Below are positions 1-8,149 of a stretch of DNA of 32,000 nt, piece after piece. The notes beneath the pieces were generated by a model. It was not told where the DNA came from and did not search any database. It was given only the letters and a program-made list of their open reading frames with translations. Location of the stretch: the NCBI GenBank assembly GCA_001513145.1, contig LFSP01000007.1:1-32000 (forward strand). The letters are read 5' to 3'. This DNA is from Clostridia bacterium DTU025. GTDB lineage: Bacteria > Bacillota > DTU025. Position 1 is the first letter of the stretch, and every line of letters starts with the position of its first letter. Made by a program: the position numbers and the translations under genes.

Positions 1-1038
1 GCGGTCAACGTTGGCCGCGATGATGGAGTCGTAGAAGGCCATCATGAGCTCTGCCTTCTGCTGGCTCAGCGCCAGTTCGATCCTGGCGTCCAGCGCAGCG
101 ATGGCGGCATCCCTGGCTGCCTTCTCCTCGGCGGCGTGCACCGCCAGCAGGCTCTTGATGGCGTTCTCGTAGTCGGCCTTCGAGGGCACGTCCTCTACCG
201 CGAGGGCAAGCTCCTCGAGCTTGGCCGCCAGCTCAACGCTGATGGCTTTATTCTTCGTCTCTGCTGCTTCAGCCTGTTCGAAGAGAGCTCTCCTCAGAGC
301 CTCGAGGCGGGCCTCAAGGTTGTCCTGACCCTCTGCAAGCTCCGCGATCTTGCCCTCTACGTTGGCTACTGCGGCCTGCCAGGCGGCGTTGCTCTCTGCA
401 ACCGCCTCAGCGACCAGCTGCTCGCAGCCAGGCAGCAGCTCACACGCCTCCTGCACCTCCTTTGCCACTGGAGTGGTGGCTGGAGTGACGGCTTCAGGGG
501 CCTCGACCTTGGCGCGGAGCGCCTCGATGGCGGCCCACAGCTGGGCGTGCTCTGCCTTGTTGTCCTCGGTCAGGTCGTCAACCCGTGCAAGCAGCGCCGA
601 CAGCCTTTCGTCGAACTGCTCCCACTGGTCCTGCGACATGACTGCGATCTTCTCCGCGATCACCTGCTCCAGGATGGTGGCGTCGGGAGAGGCCACGGGC
701 TGTAGTATCACGCCATCCTTCTGGTCAGGCAGCAGCGGCGCGCCGCCAATCTTGGCGTCGAGCTCGCCGATGCTCTCGGCAAGGCTCCGAATGTCCTTGT
801 CCAGGTACTCCAGGGCCCTTGCGATCATCAGCGCCACTTCGTACCTGGTGGCAGGCTGCCCGCCCTTGAAGGTTCCATCCGGATAGCCTTCCACTACGCC
901 CAGAGCCGCGAGGAGATTCACGGCGTCCACCGCCCAGTGGTAGTCCGGTACGTCGGCGAACGGCGTAGTTGCCATAACTGGTAGCGCCGTCATGACCACC
1001 ATGAGAGCGCTCACGAGTATGGCGAGGAGTTTCTTCAT
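1..1038 (-). CDS. SLH-domain envelope protein with a long coiled-coil region; only the N-terminal 346 codons are present (C-terminus lies beyond the left edge). OmpM-like OM tether candidate.
   Basis: Hand translation of the minus strand from the ATG at 1038..1036 stays open to base 1. It is absent from the ORF track because no stop falls in the window. RBS AAGGGGGGA lies 6 nt upstream. The N-terminus MKKLLAILVSALMVVMTALPVMA looks like a signal peptide. FADVPDYHWAVDAVNLLAALGVVEGYPDGTFKGGQPATRYEVALMIARAL is a textbook SLH motif. The remainder is Ala/Glu/Leu-rich and heptad-like. Confidence 0.8.
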   Translation of the reverse strand, partial: MKKLLAILVSALMVVMTALPVMATTPFADVPDYHWAVDAVNLLAALGVVEGYPDGTFKGGQPATRYEVALMIARALEYLDKDIRSLAESIGELDAKIGGAPLLPDQKDGVILQPVASPDATILEQVIAEKIAVMSQDQWEQFDERLSALLARVDDLTEDNKAEHAQLWAAIEALRAKVEAPEAVTPATTPVAKEVQEACELLPGCEQLVAEAVAESNAAWQAAVANVEGKIAELAEGQDNLEARLEALRRALFEQAEAAETKNKAISVELAAKLEELALAVEDVPSKADYENAIKSLLAVHAAEEKAARDAAIAALDARIELALSQQKAELMMAFYDSIIAANVDR

Positions 1039-1323
1039 GAACTGTCCCCCCTTATTCGTACTCAACGCTAAAGGCCCACTAGAGCGGAGTGCGTGAATCG
1101 AGTGTTCTAGTTTCCTCGATGGACGCTTCTCCGCCTCCGCGGGTCGTTGCGCTCAACCGTGGCAGCTTATCGGCCGCCTCGCTCCAAACGGCCTCAAGCT
1201 GCGGGTTATGCCCCCGAAAGGGCACGTGGATAATCGAGTTACATCTACATATTCTTCAATGTAGAGGCAACTCCTTCAGAGGCTCCAAAAATCCCACCGG
1301 GACAAAAAAGCCTGCAAGGCGCC

Positions 1324-2664
1324 TCATTCAACGATCAGCCGAATCGATGGTGAAGCGCTCGCCCGCCATATGTCGGCGCCTGCCACCGCCTTCACCGTCC
1401 GCACTGACCTGGAGTTGATCACTTCGATTATGGCATTGGCAAACTCGGAAACGCTCAGTAAAGTGCCTATCTTACCTTCCTCGTCTGAGGGCATGCCCTC
1501 CGCTATGAGGATGCTGTTTACCTCCTGCACCAGGCTGAGGATGCCGGCCTGCACCATGTCTGCGCCGCCGGCCCCGTCTACCCTGGCGGACGCGATCACC
1601 TCCCCCTCCCTACGTATGAGCTCATCGGGATAAACATGCAGCGACACCGTGAGAGGTTCCCCGCTCCACGTGTTCACCGGGGAGATCGCCCGCAGCACCA
1701 CCTTTCCCGATGCCTCGTCAATCTTCTGGAACGCGGCCAGCACGTTGGCTTCCTCAAAGCTCAGCACGAACGGGTCATTATCGTCCCTGCTGGAGCGCGC
1801 ACCACGCCTCCTGGCAACGTCGTTGACCCTGAGGAGAAAGTCGTTCACCTGCTCCTGAACCACCTGAGCCGGCTGCGAGCAGTCGATAACCGAACCCAGC
1901 ACCACCTCATCGGCGCGGAATATCACGGTGCCCCACATGGAAAGCTGGCCGGCCTCCCACAACAGCTCCGCACTGCGCTGGGTGGTCTCCGCCAGGGCCC
2001 TCTCGAGGGCGGCAACCTCGCTGGCCAACATGTCACGGGTCTCGGTTAGCGTCCTCAGCTGCTCCGTCTGCACCTTCCGCTCTTCCTCCAGCGAGGCGAT
2101 CTCCCTCTGCGCTCGCTGAACATCCGCCCTGGCCTGCTCCAGCTGTGCCGACACCATCTTGAGGCCCGCCTCGGTCTCCTCCAGCCTTGCGGATGCGATC
2201 AACAGCTGGCTTTCGGAATCTTCAAGCTTCGACTGCAGCATGGCCAGCTCCTCCAGGGCGGCCTCTCTCTCCTCCGTCACGCGAGCCAGCTCCGCGACGG
2301 CCAGGTCGAACTCCGCCTGCAGGGCGGCCCTCTCCTTGCCCATCAGCTCCACCTGCGTCGACAGGTCCTCCACCTCGGCGCGCTTGGAGTCCAGGTCACT
2401 CCTGGCTGCAGCCAGCGACTCCTGGATCTCGTCGATCTCGAAGAGGGCGATCCTCACGTAGTCAGAAGCCAGCGACAGGAGAACGATGGAGCAGCCTGCG
2501 ATCATCACTCCCGTGAGGATGGTGATAATCATAGACGTGTACTTGGGGCGCAGGCCAAATATGGACAGGCGGCGGCGCCCAACCTTCATCCCTATCCTGT
2601 CGCCGATGTAGGCGATCACCCCGCCGGCGATCGCCAGGCCGACTATCAGAGCGAATCCGTACAA
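1324..2664 (-). CDS. DUF3084-like membrane protein (two N-terminal TM helices, long coiled coil, C-terminal globular domain)
   Basis: 446-aa ORF. The N-terminus MYGFALIVGLAIAGGVIAYIGDRIGMKVGRRRLSIFGLRPKYTS matches the conserved DUF3084 start as I recall it. This is followed by about 200 aa of Glu/Ala/Leu coiled coil. Confidence 0.6.
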   Translation of the reverse strand: MYGFALIVGLAIAGGVIAYIGDRIGMKVGRRRLSIFGLRPKYTSMIITILTGVMIAGCSIVLLSLASDYVRIALFEIDEIQESLAAARSDLDSKRAEVEDLSTQVELMGKERAALQAEFDLAVAELARVTEEREAALEELAMLQSKLEDSESQLLIASARLEETEAGLKMVSAQLEQARADVQRAQREIASLEEERKVQTEQLRTLTETRDMLASEVAALERALAETTQRSAELLWEAGQLSMWGTVIFRADEVVLGSVIDCSQPAQVVQEQVNDFLLRVNDVARRRGARSSRDDNDPFVLSFEEANVLAAFQKIDEASGKVVLRAISPVNTWSGEPLTVSLHVYPDELIRREGEVIASARVDGAGGADMVQAGILSLVQEVNSILIAEGMPSDEEGKIGTLLSVSEFANAIIEVINSRSVRTVKAVAGADIWRASASPSIRLIVE

Positions 2665-2695
2665 ACGTTATCCCCCCACGCCGCCGCACATGCCT

Positions 2696-3424
2696 TCAGA
2701 GGCTGAATCTGTCGCCCAAGTACAGCTGCCTTGCGGTCACATCGTCGGCGATCTCCCGGGCGCTTCCTGACACTAGAATCCGACCTTCATACATTATGTG
2801 CGCACGGTCCACTATCGCAAGGGTGTCCCGCACGTTGTGGTCGGTGATGAGCACTCCCAGGCCTCTGCGCTTCATGTCGACTACGATCTCCTGCAGCTCG
2901 CCCACGGAGATGGGGTCAACTCCGGTGAAAGGCTCGTCCAGGAGCACGTATGATGGAGAGGCCGCCAGCACCCTGGCGATCTCGACGCGCCTCCGCTCAC
3001 CTCCCGACAGGGTGACACCTGCCTGTCGGGCAAGATGCTCCAGGTTCAGCTCGCGCATCAGCTTCTTGAGACGCTCCCTGCGCCTGGCCCCGTCAGGTTC
3101 GAACAGCTCCAGCACTGCCATGATGTTCTGCTCGACGTTGAGCTTCCTGAAGACTGAAGGCTCCTGCGCTAGATACCCCAGCCCCAGCCTCGACCGGCGC
3201 CACACAGGCAGAAACGTCACGTCCACGCCATCTATCCAGACCCTGCCCGAATCGGGCTGCTCCAGGCCGACCATCATGTAGAAGGTGGTGGTCTTGCCTG
3301 CGCCGTTGGGCCCCAGCAGCCCCACGACCTCTCCCCTTTCTAGGGAGATATCGACGCCGTTCACCACGGTCCGCTGCCGGAAGCTCTTAACCAAGGCCTG
3401 GCCCCTGATGCCCACGAACTGCAC
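2696..3424 (-). CDS. lptB: LPS export ABC transporter ATP-binding protein LptB
   Basis: 242 aa. Walker A in LLGPNGAGKTTTFYMMVGL, signature LSGGERRRVEIARVL, Walker B LLDEPFTGVDP. Length and sequence are typical of LptB, and it lies in an lpt cluster. The start is GTG at 3424; an alternative GTG lies at 3415. Confidence 0.85.
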   Translation of the reverse strand: MQFVGIRGQALVKSFRQRTVVNGVDISLERGEVVGLLGPNGAGKTTTFYMMVGLEQPDSGRVWIDGVDVTFLPVWRRSRLGLGYLAQEPSVFRKLNVEQNIMAVLELFEPDGARRRERLKKLMRELNLEHLARQAGVTLSGGERRRVEIARVLAASPSYVLLDEPFTGVDPISVGELQEIVVDMKRRGLGVLITDHNVRDTLAIVDRAHIMYEGRILVSGSAREIADDVTARQLYLGDRFSL

Positions 3425-3437
3425 CGCCTCATCCCGT

Positions 3438-3459
3438 CACCAGGCCCCAGTGCCTGGTG
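3438..3459 (-). promoter_or_regulatory. Perfect 8-bp stem hairpin (CACCAGGC / GCCTGGTG, 6-nt loop) 14 nt upstream of the lptB start
   Basis: The inverted repeat was read directly from the sequence. It sits in the only sizeable intergenic gap (3425..3591) of the lpt cluster. No U-tract follows on the minus strand, so it is not a canonical terminator. Confidence 0.3.
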
Positions 3460-3591
3460 GGACAGAAGAAACTAGGCATTAATGACGACGGCTGCCACGC
3501 AAAGGTTCCTCGTCGCGGGATTCCTTCGACAACCATGCAACTCATACCTGCCCATAGCTGGTATCTGCCTGATGGGTATTGCTGGCACTCC

Positions 3592-4836
3592 TCACTGTGC
3601 CCTCACGACGCTGCGCATGCTGTGGATCACTGCATCCACAGCTCCCGAAGGCCCCACGGCCTCGCGGAGTTCCCTGGCTATCCGCTCGGCCCGCGAGGCA
3701 TCTTCCATGACCTCAACGACGGGGATCACCACATCCTCAGGCCTGATGGCGCCTACAGCCTCGTGCGCCACCATCTTTCCGGCTCTGGAGTTGGGCCCCG
3801 ACACCAGTCGCGCGTCACCCTTGGATGAGTGCGGAAGGGAACTGCGGAACCTCTGTAATGCGCTCGACGAGAACGGGAGGCTAATGCGGGAGGAGGTCCT
3901 GGAGACCCCCAGGTAGCCTGGTACGTTGGACGGGGCGGCGACCACATATGGTATGCCGGCGTAGGCCAGCTCATGGCAGATCGGCCCTGGCACCGTCAGG
4001 ACCACATCACACTGGGCCAGCCCGCTGTGGTCGGGGCCGGCGTCGATGGACACCTTCAGACCTTCTGCGGTCACGGCTTGGAAGGGAACGACGGAGCGAT
4101 CGACGGTGGCGTGGGTGGCCTCAACCCGGGCCGGCCGCGCGGGAGGCTTCAGCAGATCGTCCAGGGCGAAAGTGCCTATGAAGGGGGAGATGCGCAGCAC
4201 GAAGCCTATGTCCGGCTGCACTCTGGCGAGGAGCTCCGCCACTCTCAGAAAGAATGGCGCCGCCGCCCTGGCCTGGCGGGCGCTCTCGCCTGGGAATAGC
4301 CCGACGGTGGTTGCGCCGCCGGCAGAGGCGCTCCTTCCCTCGGCGGACAAGCCATCCTGAACCGCCGCGTCGACTGCCAGGTTGCCAACGACCTTCACCG
4401 CGTCAGGCGCCGCACCTGCGGCGATGAGGGCGGCCTGCAGCCGCTCGTCTTCGGCGAGGTACAGCGCAGATCCCCTGGGCTCCACAGGGCACTCACGGGC
4501 CACATAGTGGATCAGGGGATATCTCAACCTGCGCGCGATCATCTGGGCGAAGCCGGCGGAACCTCCCAGGTTCACGACGACGCCCCTGCCGGACACGGTG
4601 AAACCCTTGGGCCTCACGCCGGCAAAGTACAGGCGCCATGACTCCGAAGGCGAGAAGGCTCTCCTGACGCCTTGGTACGCCGACACCACGCGGAGCTCCC
4701 TTCCGGAGACCCCTGCGCCCGGCGACGGGAAAACCCAGATATCCGCCGCGGAGAGTGCCAGAGAAGCCCTGTACGCCACTGGCCGCACAAGGCTGTTCAA
4801 CTCCGCGGGGCCGTTCGATACCAGGACTATGTCCAC
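3592..4836 (-). CDS. LpxB-family (GT19-like) glycosyltransferase: lipid-A-disaccharide synthase or a related enzyme
   Basis: The N-terminus DIVLVSNGPAELNSLV resembles the LpxB/LpxB-related SxGExSGD region. CDVVLTVPGPICHELAYAGIPYVVAAP resembles the LpxB C-terminal ASGTATLE..G.PMVV block. The track start is TTG at 4842; GTG at 4836 has a better-spaced GAGGTGG RBS. Confidence 0.5.
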   Translation of the reverse strand: MDIVLVSNGPAELNSLVRPVAYRASLALSAADIWVFPSPGAGVSGRELRVVSAYQGVRRAFSPSESWRLYFAGVRPKGFTVSGRGVVVNLGGSAGFAQMIARRLRYPLIHYVARECPVEPRGSALYLAEDERLQAALIAAGAAPDAVKVVGNLAVDAAVQDGLSAEGRSASAGGATTVGLFPGESARQARAAAPFFLRVAELLARVQPDIGFVLRISPFIGTFALDDLLKPPARPARVEATHATVDRSVVPFQAVTAEGLKVSIDAGPDHSGLAQCDVVLTVPGPICHELAYAGIPYVVAAPSNVPGYLGVSRTSSRISLPFSSSALQRFRSSLPHSSKGDARLVSGPNSRAGKMVAHEAVGAIRPEDVVIPVVEVMEDASRAERIARELREAVGPSGAVDAVIHSMRSVVRAQ

Positions 4837-4888
4837 GTACAACCACCTCGTCCGAAAGAGCTGCGGTTGCCCTCGGACGCACTACCTT

Positions 4889-5653
4889 CTACAAGCCCGC
4901 TGTTTTCTCCTTCACAGGCACCGACGCGTACGCCAGCGCCCTGGCGTATCGGATGCCTATGCCTGAAGTGGGCGCGGCCAGCACCTGGTCAGGCGGCCCC
5001 TGCTCCACGACGCGGCCTGCGTCCATCAGCACCACGTGGTGGGCTGCCCTCAGCGCGAACCCCGCCTCGTGCGTGACCACCACCATGGTGGCCTCGAGAG
5101 TTCGCGACAGCTTCTCCATGAGGCTCAGTATGTCCACCACCAGCGTGGGATCGAGGGACGCAGTGGGCTCGTCCCACAGGATCAGCGAGGGCTTTTCGGC
5201 GATGGCCCTGGCAATGGCCACGCGCTGCATCTCGCCGCCGGACAGGTGTCGCACGCTCTGGTCCGCCCGAGGGCTCAGACCGACTTCGTCAAGGGCATGC
5301 AGGGCAAGCTCATGAGCGTCAGCGACTGGGCGGCCGGCAGCCACCATGGGCAGCATCACGTTCTGCACCACGCTCAGGTGCGAGATGAGGTTTGCCCTCT
5401 GAAAGACGAAGCCCACGCCCTGCCTGAACTGCTCGAGCTCCGCCTCGGTCATTCGCGTCACATCCCGACCCATCCACGTGATGGTTCCGGAATCCGGCTC
5501 CACCAGCCGGATGATGCTGCGCAGAGCCGTGGACTTGCCGCACCCCGATGGGCCCATCAGGGCCACCACGGAGCCTGTCTCGACGTCCAGGTCCAGGCGG
5601 TCCAGAGCGGTCCTATCCCCGAACGTCACGGTGAGGCCCTGTATCCTGAGCAA
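4889..5653 (-). CDS. ABC transporter ATP-binding protein, FtsE/LolD/MacB-like
   Basis: Walker A GPSGCGKST, the FRQGVGFVFQ..NL block, signature LSGGEMQRVAIARA, Walker B LILWDEPTASLD. The track ORF starts at GTG 5836, but those first 61 residues are Arg/Pro-rich and overlap the upstream gene. TTG at 5653 (MLRIQGLTV...) follows GGAAGGTGG, so it is the preferred start. Confidence 0.75.
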   Translation of the reverse strand: MLRIQGLTVTFGDRTALDRLDLDVETGSVVALMGPSGCGKSTALRSIIRLVEPDSGTITWMGRDVTRMTEAELEQFRQGVGFVFQRANLISHLSVVQNVMLPMVAAGRPVADAHELALHALDEVGLSPRADQSVRHLSGGEMQRVAIARAIAEKPSLILWDEPTASLDPTLVVDILSLMEKLSRTLEATMVVVTHEAGFALRAAHHVVLMDAGRVVEQGPPDQVLAAPTSGIGIRYARALAYASVPVKEKTAGL

Positions 5654-8061
5654 AGCGTGATCCCACCTTCCGATGCTGATCTCATCTTCCTGCCCGCACC
5701 CTGGCGGTGCAGAGCGCCGGCTTGGCGCGACTTGCGGGCGAACGCTGTCCTTCCCCTGTTGAAAAGGCTGAGCAACCCGGGCCTGGTGGCGGGCACCACT
5801 ACCTCCCGCATGACGCAGGCTGGACCGATACCCCACGCCACCCCAGCTTCAACCTCGTCACGGTTGCATGGCGACAGCCTGTCAGCAGCTCCTCCGGCCA
5901 ACGCTCCCAGCGCCGCGCCCACCGGCAGGAACCACGCCAATCCGAGGCCGCCAAGCCTCGCCCCTGATATGGCCGCGGTGGCCATGAGGGTAACGGAGCC
6001 TGCTGCAGCGCCGTACGCTGCAGCCTCCACGCGGGCCACGCGGCCCCTGCGGCTCCCGAGCCCGTGCCCACCGGGCCTCACCATGGCCAGCGTGCCTGAG
6101 GCCACCGTGGCGTGGTCCACCACCAGCGATGCGGCGGTTATCACCATGCATACGATGCCGGCGATGGTGGCGCGCACGGTGGCGAGGAGCGATTGCACCT
6201 CGGCGCCTACCCCGCGGGTGACCATTCCCGCGGGCCCAACGAACACTCCGTAGTCGTCTCCAAGCTCTCTCTTCACGGCCCGGGCCAACTCTTCCGAAGC
6301 GGCACCTGCCTCCACGATGAACCTCGCCTGATCCTTCCCACCGCTGTCACTGTAAAGCTTGTCGATGGCGCTCACCACAGCCAGAGCCTGGCTTCCGCTG
6401 AGCGTCGGCACGCTGGAGCGAAGCTGCTCCAGGGCATCGCGCAGTGCCTCCGAGTCGAGGTCGGCCAGGGTCTTCAGCTGCTGCCCGGCCTGGGCCACCA
6501 GGTCGCCCATGGCATCCAGATCCATGCTCTGCAACGCCTCAACCATGGAGGCCGCCGCATCTGACGCATCACCGATGAGGCCTGCCCCGCCTGCCATCCG
6601 TCCCGCAGCGCTCTCCATTGCTGATAGTCTCTCCCTGAAGCCTGCCAGCGTCCCGCGCCACTGGGCCAAGTCCTCTATGAGCCTGTCGTAGCTGCGCGTC
6701 AGCAGCGAGACGCCGGATGCCACCTCAGACAGCCTGTCGATGGCGCCGATACACTGGTCGGTGAGCTTGAGCAGCAGTCTCACCCCGTCGAGGCTCAACG
6801 GCATCCTGCCCCCTGCCCTGGCACTCTCCAGGGCAGCGCGCAGCCCTGCCACGGCCTGTTCGGCTCCTTCGAACGACTGCAGCACCTGCTCGATCTCCTG
6901 TGCCTGCTGCACTGCGGCGCGGGCAGTCTCCGCCACTCCCGCCGTGGAGCGCTGGATCCCTGCCGCTGCCCTTTCCAGTGCCGCGGCCGCGGACATCACG
7001 TCTGCGCTTCCCACAGGCCTGCCTTGGGCATCGTAGGCCACGATTGGCTGCGACCTGCCGTCTGCCGCATCCTGTCCTGCCGAGCCCTCAACGCTTTCAC
7101 CTGCGGCATGGCCCCCCAACGCCTCGAACACCACGGCCGGCTCGGAGATGACGACGGCGGTGGCGGAGACACCGTCCGCGTCCACCACCTGGGCGTCCGC
7201 CCTGCGGACACCGAGGCGAAGAACCAGCCTGTCGCCTCTGGTCACCTTGGCCCCTGCATCCAACCTCACGCGTACGCTGGGAGCCCACGACAGCGCAGCC
7301 TGCCTCAGCAGCGCCACGGCCTCCGGCAGCTCATCCGAACCGGAGCCGTTGCGCGCGCCGGCGGTCCACACCCTCACGTCAGAAGCCTGCGCGCCGCCTG
7401 TTGTCCTGCCCGCGCCGGCCTCCACCAGCTGCCGGACATGCCCTTCATCTATCTGGCGTCCGTCGGCGGCGCTCACCTGCACCTCGTGAAGCGCCTGCAG
7501 CTTGCCTTCGATCTCGTCCGACACCGTCTGGACTTCGTCCGCAGAGCGCAGCACGAAATGCAGGTTCGACCCATCTCTCAGGACGAACCTGATGCTCTCG
7601 TCGCTCTCGCCTCGGCCGATGTTCTCCTGCAGTGCCTCCGCGGCTTCGCCTGACAGCCCCGTCACGGTGACCCTGGGCTCCGCCACGATGGTCCTTCCGA
7701 GGTAGCCCGGAACGTCCCTCACGGCGTCCAGCGCCCACCTGAACTTGGCCTCGTCGGCGCCCTCCAGATCAATCATGAAATTGGATCTACCCAGCAACGT
7801 GACGCCCTCGCTGACTCGGATGCCCGGCGTCGACTGGGCCAGGGCCATCAGCGCCCCCTTGGCCTCGAGCCGCATGTCGCTGCGCACGTGGACCACCAGC
7901 TCGTGCTGGTCCTCGTCCCCGAGAATGCCCCTGGCGGTGCCTGCGAAGAAGCCGTGGGTGGCCCATGCAGTCATGAAAGCCACAGCCGAACCCAGCACGA
8001 CTGTGGCGAGTATAAGAGCGATAACGTCTTTGATGTAGCCCTTACGAAGAAGAGCGTACAT
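5626..8061 (-). CDS. Large membrane protein with FtsX/MacB-like topology (1 TM, ~600-aa extracytoplasmic region, 3 C-terminal TMs); probable permease partner of the adjacent ATPase
   Basis: 811 aa counted from the ATG at 8061, which has RBS GGGGGTGA 5 nt upstream. N-terminal TM is VIALILATVVLGSAVAFMTAW. The C-terminal hydrophobic segments are IAGIVCMVITAASLVV, AAAYGAAAGSVTLMATAAI and LGLAWFLPVGAALGALAGGAA. The central part has alpha/beta-looking segments followed by about 250 aa of Ala/Leu/Glu helical repeats. Confidence 0.5.
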   Translation of the reverse strand: MYALLRKGYIKDVIALILATVVLGSAVAFMTAWATHGFFAGTARGILGDEDQHELVVHVRSDMRLEAKGALMALAQSTPGIRVSEGVTLLGRSNFMIDLEGADEAKFRWALDAVRDVPGYLGRTIVAEPRVTVTGLSGEAAEALQENIGRGESDESIRFVLRDGSNLHFVLRSADEVQTVSDEIEGKLQALHEVQVSAADGRQIDEGHVRQLVEAGAGRTTGGAQASDVRVWTAGARNGSGSDELPEAVALLRQAALSWAPSVRVRLDAGAKVTRGDRLVLRLGVRRADAQVVDADGVSATAVVISEPAVVFEALGGHAAGESVEGSAGQDAADGRSQPIVAYDAQGRPVGSADVMSAAAALERAAAGIQRSTAGVAETARAAVQQAQEIEQVLQSFEGAEQAVAGLRAALESARAGGRMPLSLDGVRLLLKLTDQCIGAIDRLSEVASGVSLLTRSYDRLIEDLAQWRGTLAGFRERLSAMESAAGRMAGGAGLIGDASDAAASMVEALQSMDLDAMGDLVAQAGQQLKTLADLDSEALRDALEQLRSSVPTLSGSQALAVVSAIDKLYSDSGGKDQARFIVEAGAASEELARAVKRELGDDYGVFVGPAGMVTRGVGAEVQSLLATVRATIAGIVCMVITAASLVVDHATVASGTLAMVRPGGHGLGSRRGRVARVEAAAYGAAAGSVTLMATAAISGARLGGLGLAWFLPVGAALGALAGGAADRLSPCNRDEVEAGVAWGIGPACVMREVVVPATRPGLLSLFNRGRTAFARKSRQAGALHRQGAGRKMRSASEGGITLCSGYRASP

Positions 8062-8086
8062 GCAGCTCACCCCCGCTTCACACAGA

Positions 8087-8095
8087 ATTATAGCA
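8087..8095 (-). promoter_or_regulatory. Candidate extended -10 promoter element TGCTATAAT (minus strand)
   Basis: The plus-strand attatagca is the reverse complement of TGCTATAAT. It lies about 25 nt upstream of the 8061 ATG and 55 nt downstream of the lptA stop. No good -35 element was seen. Confidence 0.35.
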
Positions 8096-8149
8096 TCGGG
8101 GGTGGCTAGCAGAGGCCGATAATTGGAGCCTACTATGGGAATCGCTTAT

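Noticed and set aside
1208-1265. Two hairpins in the DUF3084-SLH spacer, TGCCC-ccgaaa-GGGCA (1208..1226) and TCTACAT-n8-ATGTAGA (1244..1265). The second lies in an AT-rich patch with a possible TTGAAG-N18-GATTAT promoter on the minus strand.
   Set aside because: Neither hairpin is followed by a U-tract, so a terminator call is unsupported. The promoter match is weak and would imply a ~190-nt leader. I cannot discriminate terminator, operator or chance from the sequence alone.
5654-5836. N-terminal extensions implied by the longest-ORF calls. Examples: ABC ATPase to 5836, BamA to 15227, TamB-like to 17376, MreB-like to 20417, dCMP deaminase to 28125, Sua5 to 30840, LptFG-D to 12842.
   Set aside because: The extensions overlap upstream genes, lack homology to the respective families, and in each case an internal start codon with a well-spaced GGAGG-type RBS gives a canonical N-terminus.
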